The notes beneath the pieces are model-generated. The model worked only from the letters and a program-made list of their open reading frames with translations. It searched no databases and was not told where the DNA came from. From the NCBI RefSeq assembly GCF_009914755.1, contig NC_060926.1: DNA of 64,000 bases. One strand, written 5' to 3'. Position numbers and translations under genes: made by a program. Shown in pieces: positions 1-14,882 of this stretch. The DNA is from the human T2T-CHM13v2.0 reference genome, Homo sapiens. Positions within the stretch are counted from its first letter, which is position 1, and each line of letters starts with the position of its first letter.

Positions 1-420
1 GAGTCGCTTCCCCACTGCCCCGCCCACCAGCCAGGCGGGGGCCAGGGATCGCCTCCCGAGAGGTGCCCGGGCCGTGGCCCAGAGTCGCTTCCCCACTGCC
101 CCGCCCTCCAGCCAGCCCCTGCCCGACCTCGCAGACCACCTCAGTGCGCAGGCGACTGCCCTCGCCAGGCCGCGCCGCCCTGCCTCGCTCACCCCGCCCC
201 GCGCTGACCCCAGCCCCAGCAAGGAGTCCGACCAGACGGCAATCGACCAGACGGCGATCGGGAGCTACTACCAGCTGTTCGCAGCGGCTGTGGGCAACGT
301 GGAATGGCTGCGATTCTGTCTGAACCAGAGCCTCAGGGAAATCCCCACCGACGACAAGGTAAGGTCTTGAGTGTTGGGGCAAAGACCGAGGTCCCTCTCC
401 CGCTACGCTGCTCGGAGTGG
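1..420. promoter_or_regulatory. CpG/GC-rich region (3' part of the ANKRD53 5' CpG island)
   Basis: Dense CpG and high GC over intron 1/exon 2; cut off by the window start. Confidence 0.6.
112..358 (+). CDS. ANKRD53: ANKRD53 coding exon (probably exon 2; exon 1 lies upstream of the window)
   Basis: Acceptor ccctccAG at 110-111, donor AAG|GTAAGG at 359. Encodes QPLPDLADHLSAQ...EIPTDDK, in frame with the next exon. Protein recognised as ANKRD53. Confidence 0.88.
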
Positions 421-675
421 TCACCTGGAGAAGAGATATCCTTTTCTGGGTAGATCTTCCTAATTTAACTCATCTTCTGGCTGTGGAAGGACCATTTTGG
501 GGGCAGGGAGGTTGGGTGGGCTGATGAACACACACTGGTTAATTAGCAAAAGGGTGTGAGCATTCCTGGGGACACAGGGAAGAAAGTGAAGGTAACCCCA
601 ATAAATTTATATAAATTGTGGACCCTGGGACCTCAGTCCCACTCAGCCTCCTCCTGCCTGCTCTGAACCTCACAG

Positions 676-875
676 GGCTTCACTGCCATCCACTTCGCCG
701 CCCAATGGGGCAAGCTTGCATGCCTGCAGGTCCTGGTAGAGGAGTACAAGTTTCCCGTGGACCTGCTGACCAACAATAGCCAGACACCCCTGCACCTCGT
801 CATCCACAGGGACAACACCACCGTGGCCCTCCCCTGCATCTACTACCTGCTGGAGAAAGGCGCAGACCTCAATGC
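676..875 (+). CDS. ANKRD53: ANKRD53 exon 3, ankyrin repeats
   Basis: cacAG|GGC TTC ACT; donor GC|GTGAG. Encodes [22 protein letters not shown]...TPLHLVIH...LLEKGADLN (ankyrin consensus). Confidence 0.95.
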
Positions 876-894
876 GTGAGTCCAGCCTGCTTCA

Positions 895-1362
<468 letters not shown>

Positions 1363-1433
1363 TTAACAGACCTAGTCTACATCCCAGCTCTGCAACTTGC
1401 TAGCAGACAGCAGGACCTTAGGCAAGTCACTCA

Positions 1434-2100
<667 letters not shown>

Positions 2101-2194
2101 TGTCTCAGTGTCTTCAACTGAAACTTGGGAGAATAGCAGTACCTATCACATGGGACTACTGTGATCACTGAAAAGTGCATGGCATATAGGAGAC

Positions 2195-2620
2195 TGCATT
2201 CATTCAAAGTATCAAGTATGCACTATGTGCTAAGCACTATGCTAGAGTCACAGAAATGGTCCCTCTCCTCACGAAGCTGACATTCTAGTAAAGGAGCAGA
2301 CAGTGAATTAGCAAACAAATAAATGAACAAAATCCTGACAGAGCATGGGAAGTGGTTATGAAAAAATAAACGGGGTGATGGTGTAGGGGGTAAAGCAGGT
2401 AGGGGGAGGATCTATTTTGGATGAAGCAATCACCTCTAAGGAGGTGACATTTAAATTGGAACCTGAAGACAGAGTGAGCCAGCCATGCAAAGAGCCAGGG
2501 AAAAGTGTTCCAGGTAGAGGTAACATCATATGCAAAGACCATGTGTTGGGAAAGAGTGGGCAAGGTCAAAGGATAAGATCGAGGAGGTTAGGCCCAGGTC
2601 ATGCAGATCTTGTGGGCATA
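2195..2620 (-). mobile_element. L2 LINE fragment
   Basis: cattcattca...ctatgtgctaagcact...gaggtgacatttaaattgg, typical L2 3' region. Confidence 0.6.
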
Positions 2621-2950
2621 CGGAATCTGGTGAGGCATAGGGAAAGGGCAGGGGGCTGGTTGGTTTAAGAGTGGATGAGGTTAGTGGTCTCTGAACCAAG
2701 CCAGCTCTCCTTCCAGCAGTTCTTAACTGTCACATACCTTCTAAAGTCAGATTTTTACTGTTCACTTAGTCCAATTCCTCCCTTTACAGTAAAGGAAATT
2801 GAGGTGCCAAAAGGGACAGACATAGCTAGGATCACCCAGTGGACTGATGGTAGAGCAGGGCTTGGAAACTGGTGTGTCCATCTATCTGATGGACAGATGC
2901 TCTTTGTCTTTCCTTTCTGCCCTTATCCCCACTGGTGGGGCCTTCCACAG

Positions 2951-3115
2951 TCAGACATGCAACGGCTCCACGCCCCTGCACCTGGCAGCCCGTGACGGCT
3001 TGCTGGACTGTGTGAAGGTCCTGGTGCAGAGTGGCGCCAACGTCCATGCCCAAGATGCCATGGGCTACAAACCCATTGACTTCTGCAAAATATGGAACCA
3101 CCGTGCCTGTGCCCG
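2951..3115 (+). CDS. ANKRD53: ANKRD53 exon 4, ankyrin repeat
   Basis: ttccacAG acceptor, CG|GTGAG donor. QTCNGSTPLHLAARDGLLDCVKVLVQSGANVHAQDAMGYKP; phase consistent with both neighbours. Confidence 0.95.
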
Positions 3116-3591
3116 GTGAGAGTGTGAGAACCACCTGGAGCCTGCCCACCCCCTTCCCCTCCCCCAGCCTTTTCCCTAGGGCCCTCACCACAGCTGAGCC
3201 TTTAAGGGGAGGGTTGGGAAGCCAGACAGCTGGAGGATGCGCCTACTGCCCAGGATATTTTGGATGAGGCAATCACCTCATCACCTGGGCTTGGGGGTAA
3301 GTCTGCCCAGGTCCCCTGCTCTCTGGGTTGATCACTGCCCTCCTTTCCTGCCCTGGGGCCCCTGGCTCCTCAGCAGGAGGGTGGTGACCAGGTCATCAAG
3401 GACTTTCGTCTTTCACCTAAAGGAAGTAGGGAGCCAGAGGGCCCCGGGCAATGGGGATGGCTCATCTTGCTCCTCTCCCTCTGGCCACTCCCCTCATCCC
3501 CATCCAAGCCCTCAGCAGCAGCCAGTCTTCCCAGCCCAGGTGGAAGCTCTGTCACTGTGGGATGACACCCCCGCCCTGACCTTGGCACCAG

Positions 3592-3712
3592 GTTCTTGAA
3601 GGATGCCATGTGGAAAAAGGACAAGAAGGACTTTGCCCGTGAGATGACGAAAATGAAGATGTTCAAGAGCCAGCTGACCCTCATGGAGCACAACTACCTG
3701 ATTGAGTATCAA
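3592..3712 (+). CDS. ANKRD53: ANKRD53 exon 5
   Basis: caccAG|G TTC TTG AAG; donor CAA|GTAAG. FLKDAMWKKDKKDFAREMTKMKMFKSQLTLMEHNYLIEYQ. Confidence 0.92.
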
Positions 3713-5137
3713 GTAAGGGGGACAGCAGGGGGGCCAGGGGACAGCTGCTATCCAGGCATGTGAGCAGAGGGGGCAGTGACCCACATATTGTGGAGGAGTG
3801 GCTAGAAGCACTCCCACCCTGAAAGAGCCACCCTTTCGCCTGTACTCCCACCGGGTACTCTGACTGAAATTCCGCTCTTTTAAATAAGCCAGTCTTTTGG
3901 TCAAAAGTCTTATCCTGTGTTAGAAAGCCAATTTAAGCAAGCTTAAATTCGCAAGTATTTCTGGGCCCCTCCTAGTGTACTGCCTCTTTCAGGATGAGAA
4001 CCTTCAATGAGACCAAGGCACTGCCTGTAACTGGGGCTCACACTCTGGTTAAAAAGATCCACCCTTCCTTCCAGCAGGCACTGGGCATTCACTCTGTGCT
4101 AGGAACCTGCTAGACCCTGAGGTCTAAAGATGAACAATATGTGGTCCCCACGCTCAAGGAGCTTAGAGTCTAGCAGAGGAGGCAGGTTACAGGCCCATCA
4201 AGGAGGAGAGGGTCCAGGAGGGTGTCAGGAGGCATGATGCTTAAGAGGAGTCTTGAAAGATGCGCAGCAGTTGGCTATATGAAGGAGGGAAGGGCTAACC
4301 AGGCATAAAGAGCAGCCGCATGGAAAGGCATAGAGGCACCTGGGAACATGATGTATGCAGAGAATGAAAACTCAGAGCAGCTGGGGATCAGATGTAAGTT
4401 GGAGGCTGACAAGATTTGGCAGGAGCCCACATCAGTGAAGGACCTTGGCTGGGGAAGAAAGGGGATTTTAAGCAGGTGTAATTACATAGGGTGCAAAACC
4501 CAGAAAACTCAGAAGATACTGGGAATCTTAAGTGAATCCTGAAATGGGGAGGGCTTTGGGGCTGCTGACTCCGGCACACCGGGTCTGTTTCAGTTCCATT
4601 TCTCTCCAGTTCTCAGCCCTATCCTCCTCTGATGTCAGGGTCACCAGTCCTCAGAGTCACACACTGTCCAGAGGAGGCAAGGCCCATCTGTTTCCTGTAG
4701 CTCTAACCTTTTCCAGAAGCTCCTTGCATCTTCCCTCATCTCTTATGGCCTCAATTCGATCAAGTGTCCATTCTCGTTCCTTTAGCTAGAACTAAAGGAA
4801 AGCCATATGCTGACTGACTTAGGTCTGGGGCAAGGTCTGATGGAATTATGATGATTGGCTTAGCCCAATCAGAGCCTGTGCCTGGAGCTGGGTCAATCTC
4901 CAAAGCCTCTGATTGCTTAGCAACAGTCTGGGATAGTGAGACAATGGCGGTGGGGGAGGTTCTATGACAATATATGGAAGGCTCCGTGGAGGCAAGGACA
5001 GAGCTAGATTGAGTTGCTGCCACCGGGCCTGGAGAGCCAGCCAACTGTATCCTCCCTACATGACTTCTCAAGGCCCACCACTTCCAAGAAGCGTGTCCAC
5101 ATCAGGCCATCCAGTCCTTTCTGCTTTCTCTTTCCAG

Positions 5138-5264
5138 GGTCAAGGATGCAGTGTGCACTTCCCATTTGCCTTTTCCCCCATCACACCAGAGACTCTCCTA
5201 TGGCAGGACATTTCTCTACTATCAGACTGTGGATTCCTTTGGAGAAGAAGGGAATTGTCTTTCT
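5138..5264 (+). CDS. ANKRD53: Candidate alternative cassette exon of ANKRD53 (short isoform)
   Basis: Long pyrimidine tract ending in tttccAG at 5136-5137; donor T|GTAAGA at 5265. Phase 0 with 42 open codons (GQGCSVHF...RELSF); last T plus AA of exon 6 forms TAA. Confidence 0.6.
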
Positions 5265-5625
5265 GTAAGACTTGAGGTTTTCCCTAGGGCAGGGACTGTG
5301 TCTCCCATGTCAAGTTGGAGTCTCACCTAGGGCAGAGGCTACATCTCTCCCATCAGATTGGAGATCCCCCCTTTGGGAGAGGTGCTTTGTCTCCCCACTC
5401 AGCCCAGGGGCTCCCTTATGGAAAAAGTTGTCTCCCCCATCGGAACACCGGCTCCCATAAGGCAGGTGTTGCTTCCATCAGACTCAGACTTTCCCTCCCA
5501 TCAGACTCAGAGTTTCCCTCATCCTTCAGACTGTGGTTTCCGAAAGCTACAGCCACAGGACCTCCTTGCCCAGAAGCAGAGGGCAGCAGTCCTCCATGAC
5601 TCTCTTGTGCCCTCTGTTGTTGCAG

Positions 5626-6315
5626 AAAGAGCACAAAATTCTCAGAGAAGCTGCTATCAGAAAGTGGCTCCACGGCAAGCTGCACCCAGGCCACTCTCTG
5701 GTCTCCAATACCAAGCAAGCCCGGGCCACCGCCCTCTCCAAGACCCCAGAGCAACGGGAATCGCAGCGTTCCAGGAGCTTCCACCCCTCTGTGGATGCAC
5801 GCCTGCAATGCATTCCACAGCCCACGGAGATGCCCAAGCCCATCTACAGGAAGCCCACGGTCAAGCGGCCCACGATGTGGAATGTTAGCAACAACCCCGC
5901 CAGACCCCCCACCACCCAGATCAGCCACTCGCAGGGCATCCGCCTGGGCGTGCATCCAGACCCCACTCCGGAGCACGACTTCAGCAGCTTCCTGGAGGTG
6001 AGGCCTGATGGGCACGGCGGTGCGCGGCTGCACACAGTGGACGGCCACTGGGTGGCGCCCGTGCCGCGGCTGCCTTTTGAGGTGCTGCTGCGCATGCTGT
6101 ACCCACGTGTATGGCCATACAGAATGAAGGTGCCCCAGGGCTTTTACCCCATCAGCATGAGGGAAGTGCCCAGGAAGCGGCACCTGGGTGACAACACCTT
6201 CTGGACCGACACTCTGGCCATGAACCTGCGTGACACATTCGATGAAGCCTTCCTGGCAGCTGTGCGATCTCATCAAGGACTCCCCACCCTGCCCTCCCCA
6301 CAAACCAACCCATAA
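5626..6315 (+). CDS. ANKRD53: ANKRD53 last coding exon
   Basis: ttgttgcAG|AAA GAG CAC; 229 codons KEHKILREAA...PSPQTNP, TAA at 6313-6315 (ORF 5533..6315). Confidence 0.93.
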   Translation, partial: KEHKILREAAIRKWLHGKLHPGHSLVSNTKQARATALSKTPEQRESQRSRSFHPSVDARLQCIPQPTEMPKPIYRKPTVKRPTMWNVSNNPARPPTTQISHSQGIRLGVHPDPTPEHDFSSFLEVRPDGHGGARLHTVDGHWVAPVPRLPFEVLLRMLYPRVWPYRMKVPQGFYPISMREVPRKRHLGDNTFWTDTLAMNLRDTFDEAFLAAVRSHQGLPTLPSPQTNP

Positions 6316-6490
6316 AGTTATTATGGCTACCTCTCCCCCTGAGGCAGCCCAGTGAAGGCTGAAGTGTGGCAATTCACGTTGTGGGTGGCGAGGAAAGGGG
6401 GAGGGGTGCCTATGGGCTTCCCACTCCCAAGCTCGAGGAGTCACCCTTCCCAATCAAAAGCCCAGACCCCAGGCCTCCCTTTTCTCTGCA

Positions 6491-6496
6491 AATAAA
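6491..6496 (+). terminator. ANKRD53 polyadenylation signal AATAAA
   Basis: Canonical hexamer ~175 nt after the stop codon. Confidence 0.75.
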
Positions 6497-6949
6497 TCTC
6501 TTGGCACCCCCCCCACCGCCGCCAGGAAATCCAAGTTAGGTTGAGAGTGGGGGGTCAGACACTATTCTTCACCTTGGCATTGTAAAAGTTGTCACATTTT
6601 GGCACCCCCACTGCCCTCCCAGCCCTAAGGGCCCAGGCTTCCAGGATGGAAGGACCCACTGGGAAATTCTGTTTCTTGTTCAGATTAAGCCCTTCCTGCT
6701 GCAGGCTCTAAGCTGAGACCCAGAATGGGGTGGAGGGCAACTAATATGTCCCCCTGGCATGGGCTTCCCTGCTACTCTGGGCTGCCATCCTTATTCCCAG
6801 CGGCTACTGAGGTTTCTGCAGTTCAGGGAGGCATGGGCAGTACATCAAGGGAGGGGAGGGATGTGTGGTTTCCATTCGAGTCTATGAAAGCACTTGTACT
6901 TCCTCCAGGAAGTTAACTGGCTTCCCTGTATCCCCTTGTACACATCACT

Positions 6950-7850
6950 ACAATTCATTCATTAAACAAACATTTATTGAGTGCTTTCTAGGTGCCAGGC
7001 ACCAAGCCAGGCACTGTTAATACAAAAATTCCAACACAATCCTTGCCCTCAAGGAGCTTACAGTCTACTGGGGAGATGACCATTAGGCAGGCAAGTGAGC
7101 CCAGAGTGATCTGTGTAGTATGCCAGGGTGGGGGTCGGGAGGAGAGAGTATAGCCAAAGCTCCTTGGAGGAAGTCAAGTCTAAGTTGAGATTTGACAGAG
7201 AAAGTACCCTTTCTCTGTGACCAAAAGAAAGGAGGAATCAGAGTGGCAATGGAGAGCCACTGCATCTCTGGATACAGGAGGCTGGGACCCAGAATGCAAG
7301 AAGGCAAGTGATGAGACCAGAGAGGTGAGCAGGGACAAGGACACCATGAGTCTCACAAGCCATGCTGAGGGGTCCAGACTTTATCCTGAGGGCAGCAGGG
7401 AGCCAAGGAAGGTTTTAGGCCAGAGAGTGACTTGATCAACTATGCAATGCATTTTAGGAAGATAGCTCTGGCCACATGATAGAGAAGCAGTAGGAGGCTG
7501 TCACGATAATCCAGGTGAAAGCTGATGACAGTGGGAGTGGCTCAAATCAAGAGATGTTAAGGTAGACCTGACCGTTTTGAGAGATTGGATGTGGTGGGCA
7601 GAAAGAGAAAACAGGAATAGAATAAGTTTCCTGTCTGGCTCCTGAGTGATCTCGGGGTCAAGGGAAGTACCCAGAAGGGGCAGGTTTGCAGAAGACAGCA
7701 AGTACCATCTGGGCCATGGACCTGAATTGTCTGTGCACCTAGAGGGCAGCAAAACTGTGGTTCAGGTGATCAGGAAGGATGTTGGGGCTGGAGGTCAACT
7801 CTAAATTCCTCACCATCCTTGAAACCATCCAGATGGATGGGCTTCCCTAG
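6950..7850 (-). mobile_element. L2 LINE fragment(s) in the distal TEX261 3'UTR
   Basis: L2 3'-end signature ttcattcattaaacaaacatttattgagtgc...ccaggcactg, followed by L2-like body. Confidence 0.65.
6973..6978 (-). terminator. Probable distal TEX261 polyadenylation signal (AATAAA on minus strand)
   Basis: TTTATT on plus, ~2.6 kb downstream of the TEX261 stop and just short of the ANKRD53 3' end. Confidence 0.65.
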
Positions 7851-9615
7851 GGAGCCCACAGCAGAACCCTGAAAGACCCTACTGTGCATGGGCAAGTGGA
7901 GAAGCCTGCACGGAAGCCTGAAAGGAACAGCCAGGGAGGTAGGACAACTAGCCACAGAGGTGCCAGGGAAGTGCCATCCAAGAAGCAAGGGGTGATCAGC
8001 CATGTCAAATGCTGCCCAGATCTAGTAAGACAGGAAAGGGGTCTGCTGGATTTAGCAACCCCTGGGAGAACACTGGCAGTAGAGTGGAGGGGGCGAAGCC
8101 ACATCATCAAGGTGAGGGACCAAGCAGCAGAGGGAGGAAAGTAGGGCCAGCTGTCAGCCCAATGGGAGGATGATGCAGGCTGCCAGTATCCCCTGCCTTG
8201 TCTATCCTGGTGTGCATAGGAGAAAAGGGCCTGGCAATCTCGTTCACACTAAGAGGAGACCAACATGTGCTCTTCCTCTCAGGGAAAGGGGAAAGCTGGT
8301 ATTCTTAAGAGAAGGTAAATGCTAAAGCCAAGGAAATGAAGGGCTATGATGGAACTCCAGGCATGATATAGAGGAAATATTTTCAAGCACAGGGGTTTTT
8401 CCAGTGGCTTAAATGTATCACATGTGTACAGTTCATCTCTGTACCTGCCAGCCTCACTTTGAGGTATAGAACATGGCCAGAAATGGCTCTCATAGGGACT
8501 TCATTCCAATATGTACTGTTGAGCACTTGCAAGGCACTATAGTTGGAGTGCAAGGTCAACAAATGCAGGTCTGTGCCCAAGACCTGGCCTGCCTTCTTAG
8601 AAGGCAGATATATCTCCCCAGGAGCCAAGAGTGCACAGACGGGCCAGGGCTTGGATGCTCTTAGAGTGACAAACAGCTTCTCCCATTAGTCCCATTTCTT
8701 TAAAAACAGGCTGCCTGGAAGCTAATTTTTATTTTGTTTCTCCTTGAGCCTAAGATAGTATTCAGCCAGAAACCACTCCTTTTCCCAGAGGAAGATTTAT
8801 AAATAGGATATTGTAGATGTTCTTCTGAAAATCTAGCCCAGTCCTAAATTGTCCCCTCTCCTACTCCCAGTTTGACAGTCACGGAGCCTTGGGGAAAGAG
8901 ATGGAAGAGAGTGCATCAGAGAGGCTGCCTATAGCCCCACTTCCCACTCCTTGAGCAGGCTCAGCTCCTCACCCCTGCCCCCTTCCCATTAAGGGCCACA
9001 AGAACAGTCCCTTGGGAAGGGCAAGACCCAAACCCAGAAAAGGAGTCCCTGGAGCAGAAAAGTGAGTCCAGTCCAGAGCAGAAGGTTAGCAGGAAGAAAG
9101 GAAGATGAACTGTCAGGGTATTAAGGCAAACAGTGCCACCTAGAAGCGAAGCTTTATTCAAACGGAAATCTGCACTTGGACAGAAATCACCGTTCAACAG
9201 CAAAAACTATTTCTGTTGGACATGCCAAGCCATGGCCCCTCCCCATGGCCACCTGCCCAGAGAACTTGTCACCATCTGCTCTTAAGCTTCACAGACCCTG
9301 CCCTGCCTGCCCCAGCGGGGCCAGAACCTCCTGACCCACCTTGGAAGGGACAGGGGAGGACTGAGGGACCTCGGCCTCCTGGCTAAGCAGGCTCTGCCAC
9401 CCTCCTTGGTGCCCTCTGAGGTTACAGCCTCTTGAAGCATCAGATCTGAGCCAAGCTGAGCCCCCCAAGGAGGGTGGGGATGGGGCTCCAGAGTTGAGGG
9501 GAAGAAAGCCAGGGCAGGTGGTAGGTGCCTTCCCGACTTCTGGTCCCCACCTGGCATAGAGGCCCAGGGGCCTGACTCTCCTGATCTTGCCCCCCACATC
9601 CTGCCTGCATGGGGG

Positions 9616-9843
<228 letters not shown>

Positions 9844-9862
9844 CTAGATTCAGGTTCCCTCA

Positions 9863-10180
<318 letters not shown>

Positions 10181-10722
10181 TCAGACATGGAAATCCTTCT
10201 GTGGGGAAAGGTGGAGGCTGAAAATGACTGAATGTGGCCACAAACCCCATATCTTGGTCGCTAGGACAAGCAACTCCCCTGGACTGAAGGAGGCAGACAA
10301 AGTGCTAAGCCATGACTGACTGACCCACACCCCCCAAAGAAGTGACCTTGCTCTTCCCAGAGGTTCAAACTGGAGCAGCAGGGTGTGGAGAAATCGTGGG
10401 AGAAGAAAACCTTGGCGGCCACTGGGAAAAGCTGGGGCTCAGGGGTGCAGTCCATCCCTGCCCTGTGAGGACTGTGTCAGAGAAGGTCACCCTAGTACCC
10501 CTTCCTGACCTCAGGATGACCCCTCGAGGGGGACCCAAAGGACTCACTGAGGAAGAGCAGTGTCCTCCCCACCTCGGCCAAATGAGCACAGTCTGTCCCC
10601 ATCCACACAGCTTTCTCAAACCATCTATGTTTTGTTTTTTTCAAACATGTAATCCTTGAACAGATTCAGTTTCAAATCATAGCTAAGTTTATAAAGTAAA
10701 CCATGCAAGTTCCCTTTTACTA

Positions 10723-10851
<129 letters not shown>

Positions 10852-12816
10852 TCAGTCAGTTTAAGGGGAATAACAGAAAGCTGTACTTTTAACTTCAAAA
10901 GGCCCTCAGAAGTTGGGAGCCTCCATGGAGTCTTAGGCCTGACTTTACACTCAACTCAGAGTAGGCTACTGCCTAGAACCGTTTCCCATCTGCTAAAATG
11001 GGAGAATGAGCCTCAACCTGCCCACTGCACAGGGCATTCTGAGTAAAATTAGAAGAAGGCTCTTTGCATGTTATAAAAGTGAGACTTCTATGTTACATAA
11101 TCCAAAGCATCATGACGATGAACCTCGTTTTTCGTGGATGTGAGGGCTAAAGAAAGCTCTCCCACAGTGACAGGTGGGGAGAAATCATGGGTGTGCAGAC
11201 CAGACGCCCCTAAGAGGCTCTACTCCAAACTCGCAGCAAGGAGAAGGCCTGCTCAAATAAACAAACTGGGCAGCAAGGAGAAGGCCTGCTCAAATAAAAA
11301 GGCTCTCACTCCTCAGGAATAAAAGGGCAAGACTTGCTAGATGCTTTGAGGTGCAGTCTTCAGGTTCCTCAACATTCTGGGGGAGGGGGTCCCTCCTCAT
11401 CCTGCCCCCAGGTAAGGCATACCGGTGTGAACTGATACGTTCTGGACACACACACACACACAGCCACCCCTCCTTGGTGTGTAACTGAGTTTATAAAAGA
11501 GGGCACATGTGCATATCCTGGACACAGGCTGCTCAAGAGACAGTCATCCCTGCCGGTTCCCATGGTGAGGTGAAGGGCAGGCACCAGAAAGAACATGTCC
11601 CCTGAAACTGACTGTCCCCTCACACACACCTCACAGCAATTCTCATGTCTCCTTTCTTCTCTCCTGCCTCTCCCATTCTAAGGCAAAGACTACAGTTCTG
11701 CTATGCCTAGCCACACTCTAGGGCTAAGAGATAATGGGAGGTAGGATAGTGCCTGGTGCCCACAAGATCTTTTGGAAAAACTCTTTTAGGCATTAAAGGG
11801 CAGATCAAGGGAGTGAAGTCAGGGGAGCCTGCTGCTGAGGGGCTGGGGGCAGGACTTCTTCCCTGGACAGAGGGGCCTGGTCTCCATGGAAGGGCTCCCT
11901 AACAAACCTCTGCTGAACAAATTCTTTGGTGAAATCACACCCAAGGAAGAAACCAGTTTTGGCTTTAACAATATGCCCTTTGTGTGGATAATATTCACCC
12001 TCCAGGCTCTCTCATAGAAATAGAAAAGTCACTCTAAAAAACCCCTAACTCCATCTGATACCCTGACTGAAAGCTAGGGTAGCCAGCAATGATGAACAGG
12101 AGCAATGGCAATCTTGGCAACCAAAATACTTTCCGAAGCCTTTTCCAGGAATATCTGTAAATACCTATATGCACCTACTATATGCCCACTGAGTCTCCCA
12201 ATAGTTCTTTCAGAAACATCCTCTCTGAATAGATGGAGAAGCTAAGGCCCAGAGAGGGCCAATGATTCCCCAGGGTCAGAAAGTGGTGGCAGGGCAACGC
12301 CAAGAAGACTGGGTCCTCCACATCCAGGCTCAAGCCCGAGGCAGCGGCAGCCAGTGAGAATGAGATGAGAAGCTGCAGCCCCCAGGAGGCATTCACACCA
12401 GGCCAGAGTCTGCAAGGTGCTCACAGCCCCATGAGGCTCCAGTCCTAACAATGACTTTGGGTCAGAGGACTGGACGGACAGCTGCCTGCCTACCGGAAGG
12501 GCTTTGGGCTTTTTCTGGCCAAGTGGTTTTTTTGAGGCTGGAACTGCTCAGTTGGGGGCCCTGCCTCAGCCAATCCACAACCTCTTCTTTCCCAAACTCT
12601 CCTTCAAACTTACCTCTCTGGGAAAGCCCTCCCTGTCTGAGTCCCCAGCCCCAACAAATTCTATTCACTAGAGCCAAGGTGGGCTCTAGAGTCCTCAGCA
12701 GTAAGAACCGCATCTTCCCAACTAGCCTGGCTTCCTGGAGGACTTCAACAGCTGGCTTCCTTTTTCTGTATCCCCTTTAGTGCCCAGGATGGAGATGGGC
12801 ACACCCAACCACATCA

Positions 12817-13056
<240 letters not shown>

Positions 13057-13162
13057 TCACCAACCCCCAGCCCGCTCTGGGCAGCACTAGGTTCATGCTT
13101 CAATCTCCTCATTTCACAGGTCTGGCCTCCCCAGCTAGGTTCTCTGCTCCCAAAAGGCAACA

Positions 13163-13820
<658 letters not shown>

Positions 13821-14435
13821 TCAAATTTCAATTCTATTTATGTTCCTTTTTTTAAAAAATGCTGATTGTGACCTACTATACAGCCAAATAATGAATCATG
13901 CCTACAGTTTGAAAAACACTACTGATAAGTACCTACAGTTGTCAGTGCTTAGCAAATGACAGTTGGCTGAATGAAGGGCTAATTACTGTGCCAACACCCA
14001 CAAGCTGGGCCTCTGGACCAGAGCTGAGGGCTATAGTCTTGCCTCCACTGTGAACTCCCAACCTCAGCCATGCCCAGAGTGCACATGGCTGCTGACACCA
14101 GGCGACTTGAGGGGCTGTGGACGCTTTCTCTCCAATGGCACCCCTACCCCCAGCCTTTCCTGCAGCTGAAGGAAGTCTGTCCACCAGCAGTCACCCCTAT
14201 GGCTTTGATATCAGTGGCAAGGACTGTGTCTTCAGTAAGAGAAGCCTCCCATGAGACCAGGGAAGGGCGAGGGCAGCGAAGCTGTGCCGATCTTAGGACA
14301 AATCACTTGATCCGATTAGAAAGATGGCAATGAACATATATGCAAAACTGTCTTATGGCTCCTCTAAGTTTTAAATGCTGTGAGCAGAGCAAAGGGCTAA
14401 AGACAGCGGGAGAGAGCTAAGCAAAGTCAAATCTA

Positions 14436-14882
<447 letters not shown>

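Noticed and set aside
5416-6453. 345-aa minus-strand ORF
   Set aside because: Antisense shadow of the GC-rich ANKRD53 last exon; no recognisable domain or independent gene structure.
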